DNA of 64,000 nucleotides from Akkermansiaceae bacterium (GTDB taxonomy: Bacteria; Verrucomicrobiota; Verrucomicrobiia; Verrucomicrobiales; Akkermansiaceae): NCBI GenBank assembly GCA_041753275.1, contig JBGSUW010000078.1:36074-100073 (forward strand). The letters run 5' to 3'. Positions 10,221 through 20,683 of this stretch are shown here, piece by piece. Within the stretch, counting starts at the first letter, position 1, and each line of letters begins with the position of its first letter. The notes under the pieces were generated by a model. The model was not told the origin of the DNA, did not search any database, and saw only the letters and a list, made by a program, of their open reading frames with translations. The translations under genes and the position numbers were made by a program.

Positions 10221-12632
10221 ATGGAGCCATTCAAGCCTACCTTTTCAACCTATTTTCCAGCGTGTTGGCTGGTGATCTTCTGTTGTTATTCGCCTCTCCA
10301 CGCAGGCGTTGAACCCAGTTCCGGTGCTGGAGCCAAGCAAGCAAGCTCGGTAAAATTGGCACTCGAGGAAGCTCGCGAATTACTTGAGAAAGGCGACGAT
10401 GCCTACCGGAATGCCCGCTATGACAACGCCGTAGAAGCCTACACTGGCGCGCGCGAACTGATCCCAGTTACGGCAGAATCCGCAGAACTCCGCGAGGCCG
10501 CCACCCAGCGCTATTGCCAAGCCGCTGTTGAACAAGCCCGCGTTCTATCAAAAAACGGCGATGTGTCCGGCGCAATCGCCATTGTGGAGAAGGCGCTCAC
10601 CATATCGCCTAAAAATCCGGATGCCTCAGCGTTTCTTAATCAACTTAACGACCCCATCCGCACCAATCCTGCCCTGACCAAGGAACATGCCCAAAACGTG
10701 GATGCGGTCCGCCGCCTCCTTTACACTGCACAAGGGGCTTTTGAATTGGGAAAATTCGATCAGGCTAAGAATGAATATGAAAAAGTCTTACGCATTGATC
10801 CCACCAACACCGCCGCACGACGTGGGATGGAACAAGTCGCCGTTGCTAAAAGTGGCCACATGCAGGCCGCTTTTGACCACACCAGGGCGGAAATGCTCGG
10901 CCAAGTAGATGCCGCGTGGGAGACCAAAGTCCCGGAATTGGACTTCAAACTTGACGATATTCGTGGTAATTCAGATGGGGCAGCACCCGACGGAATCCCT
11001 GTTTCAACCAAAATTGATCAGATTATCATTCCATCAATCGCACTAGATCAGACAAACCTCTCGGAAGCGATCGACTTTCTGAGAATCCGTGCCGCAGAAA
11101 ACGATAACTTCGAAACTGATCCTGCACGGAAGGGTGTGAATTTCACCGTCAACTTCGGCCCTCCAAACTCAGAGATCGCCCAGAACCTCCAGAACCAACG
11201 TTTCAATCTCCAGCTCTCCGAAATCCCGCTTTCACAAGCCATTAAATATATCACAGAACTCACGCGCACTACCTACACTACGGACGATTTTTCAGTCATT
11301 ATTGCCCCCATCGGAACTGTTAATGATCAACTCGTTAGCCGCAACTACCGGGTGCCACCAGATTTCATCAGCAGCCTCAGTAACACCGCAGGTGCAGCGC
11401 CTGCCACCGCTGCGGATCCTTTTGCCTCTGAACCGGCGAACGAAGGATTACTCACCGAGCGCTTGGGTGCAAAAGAAGCACTCGAGAGACAAGGTGTGCA
11501 GTTCCCGGAGGGGGCCAGTGTGACATATATTCCGTCAAGCAACGTATTGCGGGTGGTGAACACACCCACCATTCAAGATTATATCTCCCAATTGGTGCAA
11601 TCAATCACGCAAACAGAGCCCATGATGATCTCTGTGCGCGTAACGATGATCGAGACGGAACAAACCAATCTTGAAGAACTTGGATTTGACTGGCTTCTGA
11701 CCAACTTTGGCTTCGGCAGCGGTGACTTTAATCTCACCGGCGGCACCCAAGGCAACGGCGGAGATACATCAGACGTTCCAGATATACTCCCAAATTCAGA
11801 CCCAGTCACCGCTGGCTTGCGAAGTGGAGACGGTGCCATCACCAACGATGGGATCGACGCTGTGATCGGAAATCAACGCGGTCGGCAAATCACTGAACGT
11901 GCACCCGGCATTTTGGGTCTGCGTGGCACCATTGACGATTCTACTGTCAACACCCTTCTCCGTGGACTCGATCAGAAGAAGAGCAAGGATGTGCTTGCCC
12001 AGCCAGCTGTCACCACTCGCAATGGCCAATCATCCTCCATCGAAATCACTCGTGAATTCATCTATCCCACAGAATATGAGCCCCCAGAACTTCCTACCAG
12101 CATTGGCGAAGGAGTGATTGGTGTCATAAGTGGCGGAGGAGACGTCTTAGTAGGAAGCTCAAACGCATCATTTCCCGTAACTCCTGCTACGCCGACAGCT
12201 TTTGAAATGCGAAAAACCGGTATCACTCTCGAAGTTTTGCCGGTCGCCGATGCAAACAAACAATTTATCGATGTCACACTAAGTCCACAGTTTGTCAATT
12301 TTGACGGATTTGTAAACTACGGGAGTCCAATCAATAGCACTGAAGGTAACAGAGCCATCACCATTACAGAGAATGCCATCTTAATGCCCGTGTTTAGTAA
12401 AAATTCGATTACTTCCAGCATTAACATTGCAGATGGGGCGACAATCGTAGTGGGTGGTCTTCTCACAGACAGAAGCCAAGACGTAGAAGATAGAGTTCCA
12501 GTTTTGGGAGATATACCTATTATTGGTAGAATGTTCCAGACAAAGGCCAGACAGTCGATTTCTAAAGCGATCATCTTCCTAGTGAATGTCGAAATCATCG
12601 ATCCCACTGGAAGACCCTACCGTGATAGATAA
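10221..12632 (+). CDS. Secretin (GspD/PilQ family, Amuc_1098-like) with N-terminal TPRs
   Basis: TPR-like N-terminus; REFIYPTEYEPP; GATIVVGGLL...VPVLGDIPIIGRMF secretin signature. Confidence 0.88.
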   Translation: MEPFKPTFSTYFPACWLVIFCCYSPLHAGVEPSSGAGAKQASSVKLALEEARELLEKGDDAYRNARYDNAVEAYTGARELIPVTAESAELREAATQRYCQAAVEQARVLSKNGDVSGAIAIVEKALTISPKNPDASAFLNQLNDPIRTNPALTKEHAQNVDAVRRLLYTAQGAFELGKFDQAKNEYEKVLRIDPTNTAARRGMEQVAVAKSGHMQAAFDHTRAEMLGQVDAAWETKVPELDFKLDDIRGNSDGAAPDGIPVSTKIDQIIIPSIALDQTNLSEAIDFLRIRAAENDNFETDPARKGVNFTVNFGPPNSEIAQNLQNQRFNLQLSEIPLSQAIKYITELTRTTYTTDDFSVIIAPIGTVNDQLVSRNYRVPPDFISSLSNTAGAAPATAADPFASEPANEGLLTERLGAKEALERQGVQFPEGASVTYIPSSNVLRVVNTPTIQDYISQLVQSITQTEPMMISVRVTMIETEQTNLEELGFDWLLTNFGFGSGDFNLTGGTQGNGGDTSDVPDILPNSDPVTAGLRSGDGAITNDGIDAVIGNQRGRQITERAPGILGLRGTIDDSTVNTLLRGLDQKKSKDVLAQPAVTTRNGQSSSIEITREFIYPTEYEPPELPTSIGEGVIGVISGGGDVLVGSSNASFPVTPATPTAFEMRKTGITLEVLPVADANKQFIDVTLSPQFVNFDGFVNYGSPINSTEGNRAITITENAILMPVFSKNSITSSINIADGATIVVGGLLTDRSQDVEDRVPVLGDIPIIGRMFQTKARQSISKAIIFLVNVEIIDPTGRPYRDR

Positions 12633-12671
12633 TTAAACCATTTCCAATTTACCTTCCAGCACCGTCTGAAC

Positions 12672-14210
12672 ATGCCATCTGCCGACAGCGAGCCAGAAAA
12701 ATATTCCATCGATGAGATGATGGAGAGGCTCAAAAACCAAACTCCTTCTAATCCCGAAGGCGAAGGCGAAAGAGTCACCCGGGCCGATGGTACGGAGGCA
12801 ATCAAAGTTCGCAAACGCAAGCGCCGGTCCGAGCAGCCACAAAAAGAAATTGTAAAGCAAAGCCGCCGCTCGCGGATTCTTCAAGTGGTAGCCGCCACCT
12901 CTCTGGTAATTATCGCGCTTTTGGCCAGTGGGATCGCCATCGCCTACGCCAATAGTCCAGCTTTCCGCGAGAGCTTGCTTAAAAAGATCACTGCCAGCAC
13001 TGGAGCCACACCGGAGATTGGCACGTTCAGGATGAATCCCCGCACCGCAAATGCCGGCAAGTTGGATCTCACTTGGCCCAAAGGTAACTTCCTCGATCAG
13101 CTTAAAACCACCGGTCTCGTCGCAGATATTGCTCCATCCAGTTTTTTCGGAAAAACGATGATGGGCGAAGAGGTGATCGTCTCGGATTCCTCCCTCACTT
13201 TGAAACTGCCGACAGCGGGCGAGTCGTTAGCTGGGGTGCCTGCTTCCGACGGCGCACTGCCGATCAAGTTCAATCGCTACCGCACTCCAAAATTCAATGT
13301 GAATTTTAAAGGAGTTAACAACCTCTCCCTGCTTAAATCTGAAGCATCTCTCTATCCCAACGCTGTTTCAAATCGCCTCCAATTTAGCCTCAATGGTGGC
13401 AAACTGACACTCCCCGGATGGCCATTGCTCGAGTTGGACCGCGCTTTTATGGAATTCCGTGGCAATGAGATCGATTTAATCAGTCTTAGCTTAATAGATC
13501 CCTCAGGGCGGGATGGAATTTTTGAATTCTCCGGCACCATCTCACCCTATGATTTGAAACGGCCTTCAACGCTCACTGCGGAAATCAAAAATTATCCTAT
13601 CGCAAGCATCCTAGGACCTGAATTTGAGGATATTCTCATTGGAAATATCGATTCCGTTTCCTCCACCCAATCGAATTTCTACTCTTTCTACCCCAAAAAG
13701 GACGCGGAGCAGAAACTCACACTCAGTTTCCGTAAAAACCTCGGGTCGGCCTTTGAAGTTTCTAAATTTCCGTTTCTTTTTGCCCTGAGTCAAACGATGC
13801 AGGACGAGTGGTTTAAGCGCCCTGTTTTCGTCGGTGAAGACGCATCCGCCACCATTCTTCGTGAAAATGGCACTACAATCATCGGGAAAATTGATTTTCA
13901 GAACAAAGGACGTTTGGCATTGAGAGGGCAGATTATTGTGGCCAAAGACAAAACTTTATCGGGTGAACTCAAAGTGGGCATCGCGGATAGCATGATCCTT
14001 GCAATGGATAAATCCTCACGCCTCCGCACACTCTTTAGCCAACCCCGGGAGGGATACCGCTGGCTCACTGTGCAGCTAAGTGGCACAGCTCAAAATCCTA
14101 ATGACGATTTCAAAGATCAGTTCCTTGCTGCTCAAGCCGAAAAGCCGCTGCAAAACCCGGAATCTGATTACAAAGGCTCCACATTTGAGGAACTTACCAA
14201 GCCTCGCTAG
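12672..14210 (+). CDS. Membrane-anchored hypothetical protein, possibly AsmA-like beta-rich
   Basis: 512-aa ORF, basic cytoplasmic N-terminus, single TM, beta-rich body, C-terminal LSGTAQNP. Confidence 0.65.
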   Translation: MPSADSEPEKYSIDEMMERLKNQTPSNPEGEGERVTRADGTEAIKVRKRKRRSEQPQKEIVKQSRRSRILQVVAATSLVIIALLASGIAIAYANSPAFRESLLKKITASTGATPEIGTFRMNPRTANAGKLDLTWPKGNFLDQLKTTGLVADIAPSSFFGKTMMGEEVIVSDSSLTLKLPTAGESLAGVPASDGALPIKFNRYRTPKFNVNFKGVNNLSLLKSEASLYPNAVSNRLQFSLNGGKLTLPGWPLLELDRAFMEFRGNEIDLISLSLIDPSGRDGIFEFSGTISPYDLKRPSTLTAEIKNYPIASILGPEFEDILIGNIDSVSSTQSNFYSFYPKKDAEQKLTLSFRKNLGSAFEVSKFPFLFALSQTMQDEWFKRPVFVGEDASATILRENGTTIIGKIDFQNKGRLALRGQIIVAKDKTLSGELKVGIADSMILAMDKSSRLRTLFSQPREGYRWLTVQLSGTAQNPNDDFKDQFLAAQAEKPLQNPESDYKGSTFEELTKPR

Positions 14211-14373
14211 CCGCATTTCAATGCCCGAAAATGGCGCATTCGATTGGAACGAATTTTAGCGAAAATTAGTGGATTCTTGCATGGCATTTCCATCAAATTA
14301 GGTGTAGCGTCATAGACAGATTGGACGTGTTGGACTGGTAGTCCAAACATCCATCTGCAAACCATACTGAACC

Positions 14374-14970
14374 ATGCAAACAGCAAACGTTAATTTACCA
14401 ATCACCGTCACCGTTCGACATGAAAATGTGACAGACGCCCTGCGAGAACATGCGCATAAAAAGATCGAAGGTCTTCATCTCGACTACCCGCGCATCATTG
14501 AAGCAAAGGTTATTCTAGATGTGCAAAAGAATCGCCATATCGCGGAAATTATTTTGTTTTGCGCCAATCATATCACCATTGATGCTCACACTGAGGGCAA
14601 AGATATGTATGCGGCACTTGATGAGACGATTGAGAAAATCGCTCGCCGGATGCGCAAGCATAAGACCCGCTTGCTCAAGAAACACCGTCCTCACCGCAAT
14701 GAATCCATCCGCTATCTTGAGGAACGTTTCTTCAATGAAGAGGTGCTTGATCACCCTCAAGAAGCTGAGGAAGATCCGATTCCATTCATCATACATCCTG
14801 AAAACTACTCCATTCGCACAATGTATAAGGAGGATGCTATCATGCAGCTGGAACTCTCAGATCGGCCGTTCGTTCTCTATAAAAGTGCACGCCGCGATTG
14901 TCTAACAATTGTCTATCGAAGGAAGGATGGCGAATACGCCGCATTGGACATTAAGGACGAAGCCCCTTAA
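14374..14970 (+). CDS. hpf: Long-form ribosome hibernation promoting factor
   Basis: VTDALREHAHKKI, DMYAALDETIEKIARRMRKHK, C-terminal EDAIMQLEL...VYRRKDG. Confidence 0.92.
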   Translation: MQTANVNLPITVTVRHENVTDALREHAHKKIEGLHLDYPRIIEAKVILDVQKNRHIAEIILFCANHITIDAHTEGKDMYAALDETIEKIARRMRKHKTRLLKKHRPHRNESIRYLEERFFNEEVLDHPQEAEEDPIPFIIHPENYSIRTMYKEDAIMQLELSDRPFVLYKSARRDCLTIVYRRKDGEYAALDIKDEAP

Positions 14971-14982
14971 TTTCCACCTACG

Positions 14983-15014
14983 TGCCGGACGGCCTTGCCG
15001 TCCGGCATTTTTTT
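14983..15014 (+). terminator. Intrinsic terminator after hpf
   Basis: TGCCGGACGGC-CTT-GCCGTCCGGCA followed by a T run. Confidence 0.85.
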
Positions 15015-15068
15015 ACAGACTTCACATGCGAAGTCGGAATTATACATACTAGAATTTAGTCATCTTGA

Positions 15069-15929
15069 ATGGTTGATTGCCCTCGCGCTCCCTTTTACGT
15101 TTGCGGTCCTACTGCTTCCGGAAAATCCGCGCTCGCTTTGGAATATGCGCACAAGCTTGACGGCGAGATCGTCAACGCCGATGCGTTTCAACTTTATAGA
15201 GGAATCGAAACTCTAAGTGCCGCCCCCTCACCCGCTGAGCAAGGTGATATCCCCCATCATCTTTACAGTCAGCTTGATCCCGCAATCGCGATCGATGCCG
15301 GGCGCTATTGCCTTCTAGCACAACCTGTAATCACTGAAATTCTATCACGTGGAAAAACTCCGATCATCACTGGTGGCTCGGGGCTTTACCTGAAATTTTT
15401 AACCCACGGCCCTTCACCTCTTCCGGTCGGTAATGCTGCTCTCCGTTCTGAATTTGAAAGCCAACCGCTGGCTTACCTCGTCGCCCAATTGACTAAAATT
15501 GACCCTCTCGAAGCCTCACGCACTTCCTTGGAGAATCGACGGTTCGTCTCAAGGGCTTTGGAAATTTGCATCCTCAGCGGCAGTAAGGCCTCAGACCTGC
15601 GCGATGGCTGGGAAGCAAAAACCGCAAATATTTCTTCCTCTCTCCGCGGCATCGTCATCCAGCGCAGCCGCCCAGACCTTCACGCCCGCATCGCTCAACG
15701 GACGAAAATGATGATGGAGTGCGGCGCGATTGAGGAAGTCGCAAATCTATCCGATGTCTCCGCAAATTGCGAAAAAGCCATCGGCTTCAGAGAAATCCGT
15801 GCTCTCCTCCGCGGCGAGATTGATCGCGCTCACTGTGAAGAATTGATTAACGCCGCCACCCGCCAATATGCCAAACGCCAGGAAACATGGTTCCGTCGCG
15901 AGGCTTGGCTGGAAATCTCCCGAGCTTGA
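15069..15929 (+). CDS. miaA: tRNA dimethylallyltransferase
   Basis: GPTASGKS, NADAFQLYRG, GGSGLY, TRQYAKRQETWFR. Confidence 0.95.
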   Translation: MVDCPRAPFYVCGPTASGKSALALEYAHKLDGEIVNADAFQLYRGIETLSAAPSPAEQGDIPHHLYSQLDPAIAIDAGRYCLLAQPVITEILSRGKTPIITGGSGLYLKFLTHGPSPLPVGNAALRSEFESQPLAYLVAQLTKIDPLEASRTSLENRRFVSRALEICILSGSKASDLRDGWEAKTANISSSLRGIVIQRSRPDLHARIAQRTKMMMECGAIEEVANLSDVSANCEKAIGFREIRALLRGEIDRAHCEELINAATRQYAKRQETWFRREAWLEISRA

Positions 15930-15996
15930 TCATGCGGTTTGCCTTGTCGCGCAGCGAGATGATTCCTAAAACAGCCGCGCTACGATCGATCTCATC

Positions 15997-17601
15997 ATGA
16001 AGCCATTTCTACTTCTCCTTGTTGCAGCCTTACTCATCATCCCCGCCGGATTATACGCTTCGACTGCTGCCACACCACCACCCGAGTTTGTGACAGAAAT
16101 GGCGAAGTTTCCCGCTCTTGAGAAAGAGCAGGCACTCAATGGCATCGGTTCCAAATTACTTTTCCGCGCCGAGCAACAACCATTTCTACTCGTAGCCACG
16201 ATTATTTTTATTTTGGCCATCCTACATACATTCGTAGCCGTGCCGATTACGAAGCATGCTCACAGAGTGAAGCATCATCACGATGCTGAAATTCGCCGCG
16301 AGCGAGCTTCCCGCGGAGAGACGACCCAGGATGTGCACATGGTTAGTTTTAAAGCCACCGTCCTGCACTTTCTAGGTGAGGTCGAGGCCATCTTTGGTAT
16401 TTGGCTGATCGCCCTTTTTGGAGCAATGCTTTATTTCTACGATCTCCAGACAGTTGAATCTTATATCATGGGAGTCAATTTTACCGAGCCTTTATTTGTG
16501 ATCATCATCATGGCGCTCGCTTCCACGCGCCCCATCTTGCGATTTGCTGAAACTTGCCTCAGCTTGTTTGCCCGCATTGGCAAGCAGTCGCCCGCTGCTT
16601 GGTGGCTCTCGCTAATGATCATCGCCCCGCTGCTAGGATCCTTCATCACTGAGCCTGGTGCCATGACCATCGCCGCCATGCTACTTGCTAAAAAATTCTA
16701 TAAATTACGACCCTCCCCGCCGTTTGCCTACGCCACTCTCGGCCTGCTCTTCGTGAACGTTTCCGTGGGCGGAGTGCTCACTAATTTCGCTGCTCCACCT
16801 GTCCTCATGGTGGCGAATAAATGGGGTCTTACCTCATTAGAAATGCTAACTCATTATGGCGATAAGGCGATGATCTCGATCATTATCTCGAGCACTCTTT
16901 ATTACTTCTTCTTCCGGAAAGAACTCGCAACGTTGGCTAAACGTGCTGGCGATCATGATGGCGATGGCAAAGGCGACTTAATCGAAAATGAGCGCAGCAT
17001 TCCTTTGTTCGTTACAATCACGCACCTTGCATTCATGGCTTGGACCGTCGCCTTTGCCCACTACCCGCCCATCTTCATTGGCGGATTCCTGTTCTTTCTC
17101 GCATTCTCTCAAGCTACCGCACATCACCAGAATGATATCAATCTACGCGGTCCGATTCTGGTTGGCTTCTTCCTCGGTGCACTCGTCGTTCACGGTGGCC
17201 TTCAAGGTTGGTGGCTCGAGCCGATCATCTCCAGCCTATCTGACTGGCCACTGTTTATCGGTTCCACAGTATTAACTTCCTTTAACGATAACGCATCGAT
17301 CACTTTCCTCGCAAGCCAAGTGGAAGGGCTGGCTCCGGAACTCAAATATGCCGTCCTCGCCGGTGCCGTTTCCGGTGGTGGTCTCACTGTGATTGCCAAT
17401 GCTCCTAATCCCGCCGGACAAGCACTACTCAGCCGCTTCTTTGGCGATGGGGTTTCACCCCTCAAACTTGCAATGGCTGCGATGATCCCCACTCTAGTGG
17501 TCAGTGCCTGCATGATGTTACTTCCAGATCGTGGTATTGATCAAGCCTTCGCCCTCGACCCTGTAGTACCCACTCAAGTGGTCACACCCGCAAACCATTA
17601 A
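15997..17601 (+). CDS. Putative Na+/H+ antiporter (DUF1504-like, ion transporter superfamily)
   Basis: Polytopic; LGEVEAIFGIW, GSFITEPGAMT, NVSVGGVLTNFAAPP, GGGLTVIANAPNPAG. Confidence 0.82.
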   Translation: MKPFLLLLVAALLIIPAGLYASTAATPPPEFVTEMAKFPALEKEQALNGIGSKLLFRAEQQPFLLVATIIFILAILHTFVAVPITKHAHRVKHHHDAEIRRERASRGETTQDVHMVSFKATVLHFLGEVEAIFGIWLIALFGAMLYFYDLQTVESYIMGVNFTEPLFVIIIMALASTRPILRFAETCLSLFARIGKQSPAAWWLSLMIIAPLLGSFITEPGAMTIAAMLLAKKFYKLRPSPPFAYATLGLLFVNVSVGGVLTNFAAPPVLMVANKWGLTSLEMLTHYGDKAMISIIISSTLYYFFFRKELATLAKRAGDHDGDGKGDLIENERSIPLFVTITHLAFMAWTVAFAHYPPIFIGGFLFFLAFSQATAHHQNDINLRGPILVGFFLGALVVHGGLQGWWLEPIISSLSDWPLFIGSTVLTSFNDNASITFLASQVEGLAPELKYAVLAGAVSGGGLTVIANAPNPAGQALLSRFFGDGVSPLKLAMAAMIPTLVVSACMMLLPDRGIDQAFALDPVVPTQVVTPANH

Positions 17602-17610
17602 TCTACGAAA

Positions 17611-18210
17611 ATGTTCACTGGTCTTGTAGAAGCCTTAGGCACCGTTCTCGATCTCCAATATAAAGGAGAGCAAGCGACGCTTTTATTAGAGATTCCTTTT
17701 TCTTCCGCACTCTCGCTTGGAGATTCCGTCGCCATCAACGGCTGCTGCCTCACTGTTGCAGAGCTTGACCAGTCGAAAGTCACTTTTGATCTACTGACGC
17801 AAACTCTCGAAGTTACCTCGCTCGGTCGCTTAAAGAAAGATGCTGTCATCAATTTAGAACGCGCCATGATGGTAGGAGACCGTTTCGGGGGGCATTTTGT
17901 CCAAGGTCACATCGATGATACAGGCGTTCTCACCGCACTGGAAACCCGCGGCCAAGACCACGTTCTAACAGTTTATCTCCCTCCGGAAATTCATCGTCTT
18001 TCCATCGCTAAAGGATCGCTCACGCTTGATGGAATTTCATTAACCATCGCAGAGCTCACTTCTGACAGCGCGATATTCTGGATCACACCTCATACTTGGC
18101 AGCATACCCATCTTCAGCATGCATTGGTAGGTCAGGTAATGAACCTTGAAGTCGATATGCTGGCCAAATACGTCGATAAACTTTTAGCAGCACGAGTATC
18201 TAAAATTTAA
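17611..18210 (+). CDS. ribE: Riboflavin synthase (alpha chain)
   Basis: MFTGLVE, GDSVAINGCCLT, NLERAM, GGHFVQGHID, NLEVDMLAKY. Confidence 0.95.
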   Translation: MFTGLVEALGTVLDLQYKGEQATLLLEIPFSSALSLGDSVAINGCCLTVAELDQSKVTFDLLTQTLEVTSLGRLKKDAVINLERAMMVGDRFGGHFVQGHIDDTGVLTALETRGQDHVLTVYLPPEIHRLSIAKGSLTLDGISLTIAELTSDSAIFWITPHTWQHTHLQHALVGQVMNLEVDMLAKYVDKLLAARVSKI

Positions 18211-18252
18211 TTTGTTTATCCGCAACGACTGGCTCATCAATGGCCATCAATG

Positions 18253-18281
18253 AAAAAGCCCTCTTCTTGCGAAGAGGGCTT
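18253..18281 (-). terminator. Intrinsic terminator of the outer-membrane protein gene
   Basis: AAGCCCTCTTC-TTGC-GAAGAGGGCTT preceded by an A run (U tail on minus strand); between convergent genes. Confidence 0.8.
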
Positions 18282-18327
18282 AAAGTCTATTAGCTGACAT
18301 CAAGTCAGCGAATCGTGAAATTCCAAA

Positions 18328-19074
18328 TTAGAAGTTGTAGCGAACGCCAGCTTCCCATGCGAAATCGTTGTCCAGCTCGATGTCGGTGTCACCGATTCCG
18401 ACGCTTTCCAAGTAAAGCCAACGGCCACCACCATACACTTCAAAGCTCTCATTGATGTTATAAAGCAAACCGGCGGATGCTTGGGCATAGAAACCACCAT
18501 CGCGCTCGCCGTCGCCGTCAATCTCGATATTCGAGAATGCATAACCAGCACCAGCGGTGCCATAAACTGCGAGTCCGGCAACAAGGTTACGCTCAAGCTT
18601 GATGTTGAGAGTGACGGGAAGGATGTCTAAATCGACAGTCTCCGAAAATGCTCCGAAGCCACCCAAGCCATCAATGAATCCGTCGCCGTCAAAACCATTG
18701 TTTTGAGTGAGGAAGTTACCCGAAACATTCGCATCGCCAGTTAGGTATGCGACTTCAAGATATGCCGCGACGTCAATTCCGAGAAATTGAGTTCCCAAAT
18801 CACGTCCGACGTGAAGCGAGTAGAGATCGAAATCGAAATCAGTTGCGTGGATGTTGTTGCGGGAAACAAACGCGCTTCCAAGCTCATCTTCGAGCTGTCC
18901 TTCGAAGTTGCTACCGACGCCGTCAAGTTGGCCGTAAGTGCCGCCAACGAACCAACCACCAACGGATGGGATAGGTTCTGGTGCTGGAGCAGGCGCTGGC
19001 ATCATCATTTCAGTGCCTGCAAACGCAGTTGCCGTAATCGAGCTCGCGAGAGCAATCAATGTTTTTGTTTTCAT
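18328..19074 (-). CDS. Outer membrane beta-barrel protein (OmpA/OmpW-like)
   Basis: Signal peptide MKTKTLIALA..AFAG, Pro-rich linker, amphipathic strands, C-terminal GVRYNF. Confidence 0.85.
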   Translation of the reverse strand: MKTKTLIALASSITATAFAGTEMMMPAPAPAPEPIPSVGGWFVGGTYGQLDGVGSNFEGQLEDELGSAFVSRNNIHATDFDFDLYSLHVGRDLGTQFLGIDVAAYLEVAYLTGDANVSGNFLTQNNGFDGDGFIDGLGGFGAFSETVDLDILPVTLNIKLERNLVAGLAVYGTAGAGYAFSNIEIDGDGERDGGFYAQASAGLLYNINESFEVYGGGRWLYLESVGIGDTDIELDNDFAWEAGVRYNF

Positions 19075-19492
19075 GGTGGCGAATGTTAAACAACCCCTAA
19101 TCACTTTCCAAGCGAAATTTTTGGTAATTCGTAGGCATAGTTTGCGGGTTTGATTCCCATTGATCCACTGCGGGAATCACCCTCATCGTTCAGAATTAAC
19201 GACTCTCACCCCGACCCCGCCCCACTTCAGACCGACTTTATCATTGCACCAAGCCAAACCTTCACTCTCACAGGCGAGCCTTTACCGCTTGCGCAATCAG
19301 GACGCTTGCGGCTGCCCATCGTCGCTTAGGCTGCTCGATGACAAGTGGCCGGAGGGCGACGAGTTCCTCAACTGGATGCGCCAGAAATTCCCGAAGCCAA
19401 GCAGATGAAAAAAAACCTGAACGCTACCAGATAATTTCCTCCCCAGCCGTTTTTCATTGGCGCAAACCCTGCAGCGTGGCTTGCATCTGCAC

Positions 19493-20566
19493 GTGACTCT
19501 ACCCACTCAGCGCTCGTTGCACGATCTCAGTTTTTCTGAGTTGCGTGAGGCCATGGCGGTGGATGGCGTCATCGCCCACCACGTGAAGCCACTCTGGCGG
19601 GCGATTCATCGCGAAGGCTTATTAGATTTATCAAACTGCGCGTTTCTGCCACCGCTGCGCCGTTGGGTGGATCAATCAATCGGCGAGGGGAAATCATTCC
19701 AACTCAGTGCGCCGGAAGTGGTGGACGAAATCCATAGCAATGATGGTCTGACGCGCAAATTTCTGCTGCGCCTGCATGATGGCCAGACCATCGAGACGGT
19801 GCTCATGGGATACGATGGCCGCCACACGGTGTGCGTCAGCACCCAGGCCGGCTGCGCGATGGGCTGCGTATTCTGTGCCACCGGGCAAATGGGCTTTGTC
19901 AGACACCTGCGCCCGGGCGAAATCGTCGCGCAAGTGCTGCACGCGCGGCGAATTTTAAAAAGCATCGCTCCTCATAAGCGTCTGCGGAACATGGTCCTGA
20001 TGGGAATGGGCGAGCCTCTGCATAACTATGATTCAGTGATGCAAGCGCTGGAAACCATCTCGGATGTGAGAGGAATCGGGATTGGCCCCACAAAAATCGC
20101 AATCAGCACCGTCGGCGTGGTTCCAGGTATTTTACGGCTCGCGGAAGAGCAGCGCCACTATCGGCTCGCTGTCAGTCTCCATGGCTCCACCGAGGAAGAA
20201 CGGGCAGCGTTAGTGCCTGCCAGTAAACGTTGGTCACTAGCGATGCTGATGGATGGATGCAGGAAATACGGCGAGCAGACTGGCAAACGCATCTTCTTCG
20301 AGTGGACCTTGATCGCCGGGAAAAATGACTCTCCGGAGACTGCCCAACGTCTCGCTGAGTTGCTGCACGGAATGGACGCGCACGTCAATCTGATCCCGCT
20401 CAACCGCACCGATGGCTTCGCCGGCGTGGAAAGCTCCACCGGCAAAGCGTTTCAAAAAATTCTCCAAACTGCTGGATTCCCCTGCACCTTCCGCCAGCGC
20501 CGCGGAATCGACGTCGCGGCCGGATGCGGAATGCTAAAAGCGGACAAACGCGTGAAATCAAGCTAA
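19493..20566 (+). CDS. rlmN: 23S rRNA/tRNA m2A methyltransferase RlmN (radical SAM)
   Basis: CVSTQAGCAMGCVFC, MGMGEP, LAVSLH, RGIDVAAGCG; start codon uncertain (GTG 19493). Confidence 0.9.
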   Translation: MTLPTQRSLHDLSFSELREAMAVDGVIAHHVKPLWRAIHREGLLDLSNCAFLPPLRRWVDQSIGEGKSFQLSAPEVVDEIHSNDGLTRKFLLRLHDGQTIETVLMGYDGRHTVCVSTQAGCAMGCVFCATGQMGFVRHLRPGEIVAQVLHARRILKSIAPHKRLRNMVLMGMGEPLHNYDSVMQALETISDVRGIGIGPTKIAISTVGVVPGILRLAEEQRHYRLAVSLHGSTEEERAALVPASKRWSLAMLMDGCRKYGEQTGKRIFFEWTLIAGKNDSPETAQRLAELLHGMDAHVNLIPLNRTDGFAGVESSTGKAFQKILQTAGFPCTFRQRRGIDVAAGCGMLKADKRVKSS

Positions 20567-20683
20567 GTCTGAACAGATCTGCGCCACTCATCGGGGTTGG
20601 ACTGCTTCAGGGCCACCAACTTCGGTAGGGATCCTCCCGAAAAGCTTGAGTCCCTCGTCAAAGTGCCGATCCTTACGACTCTC

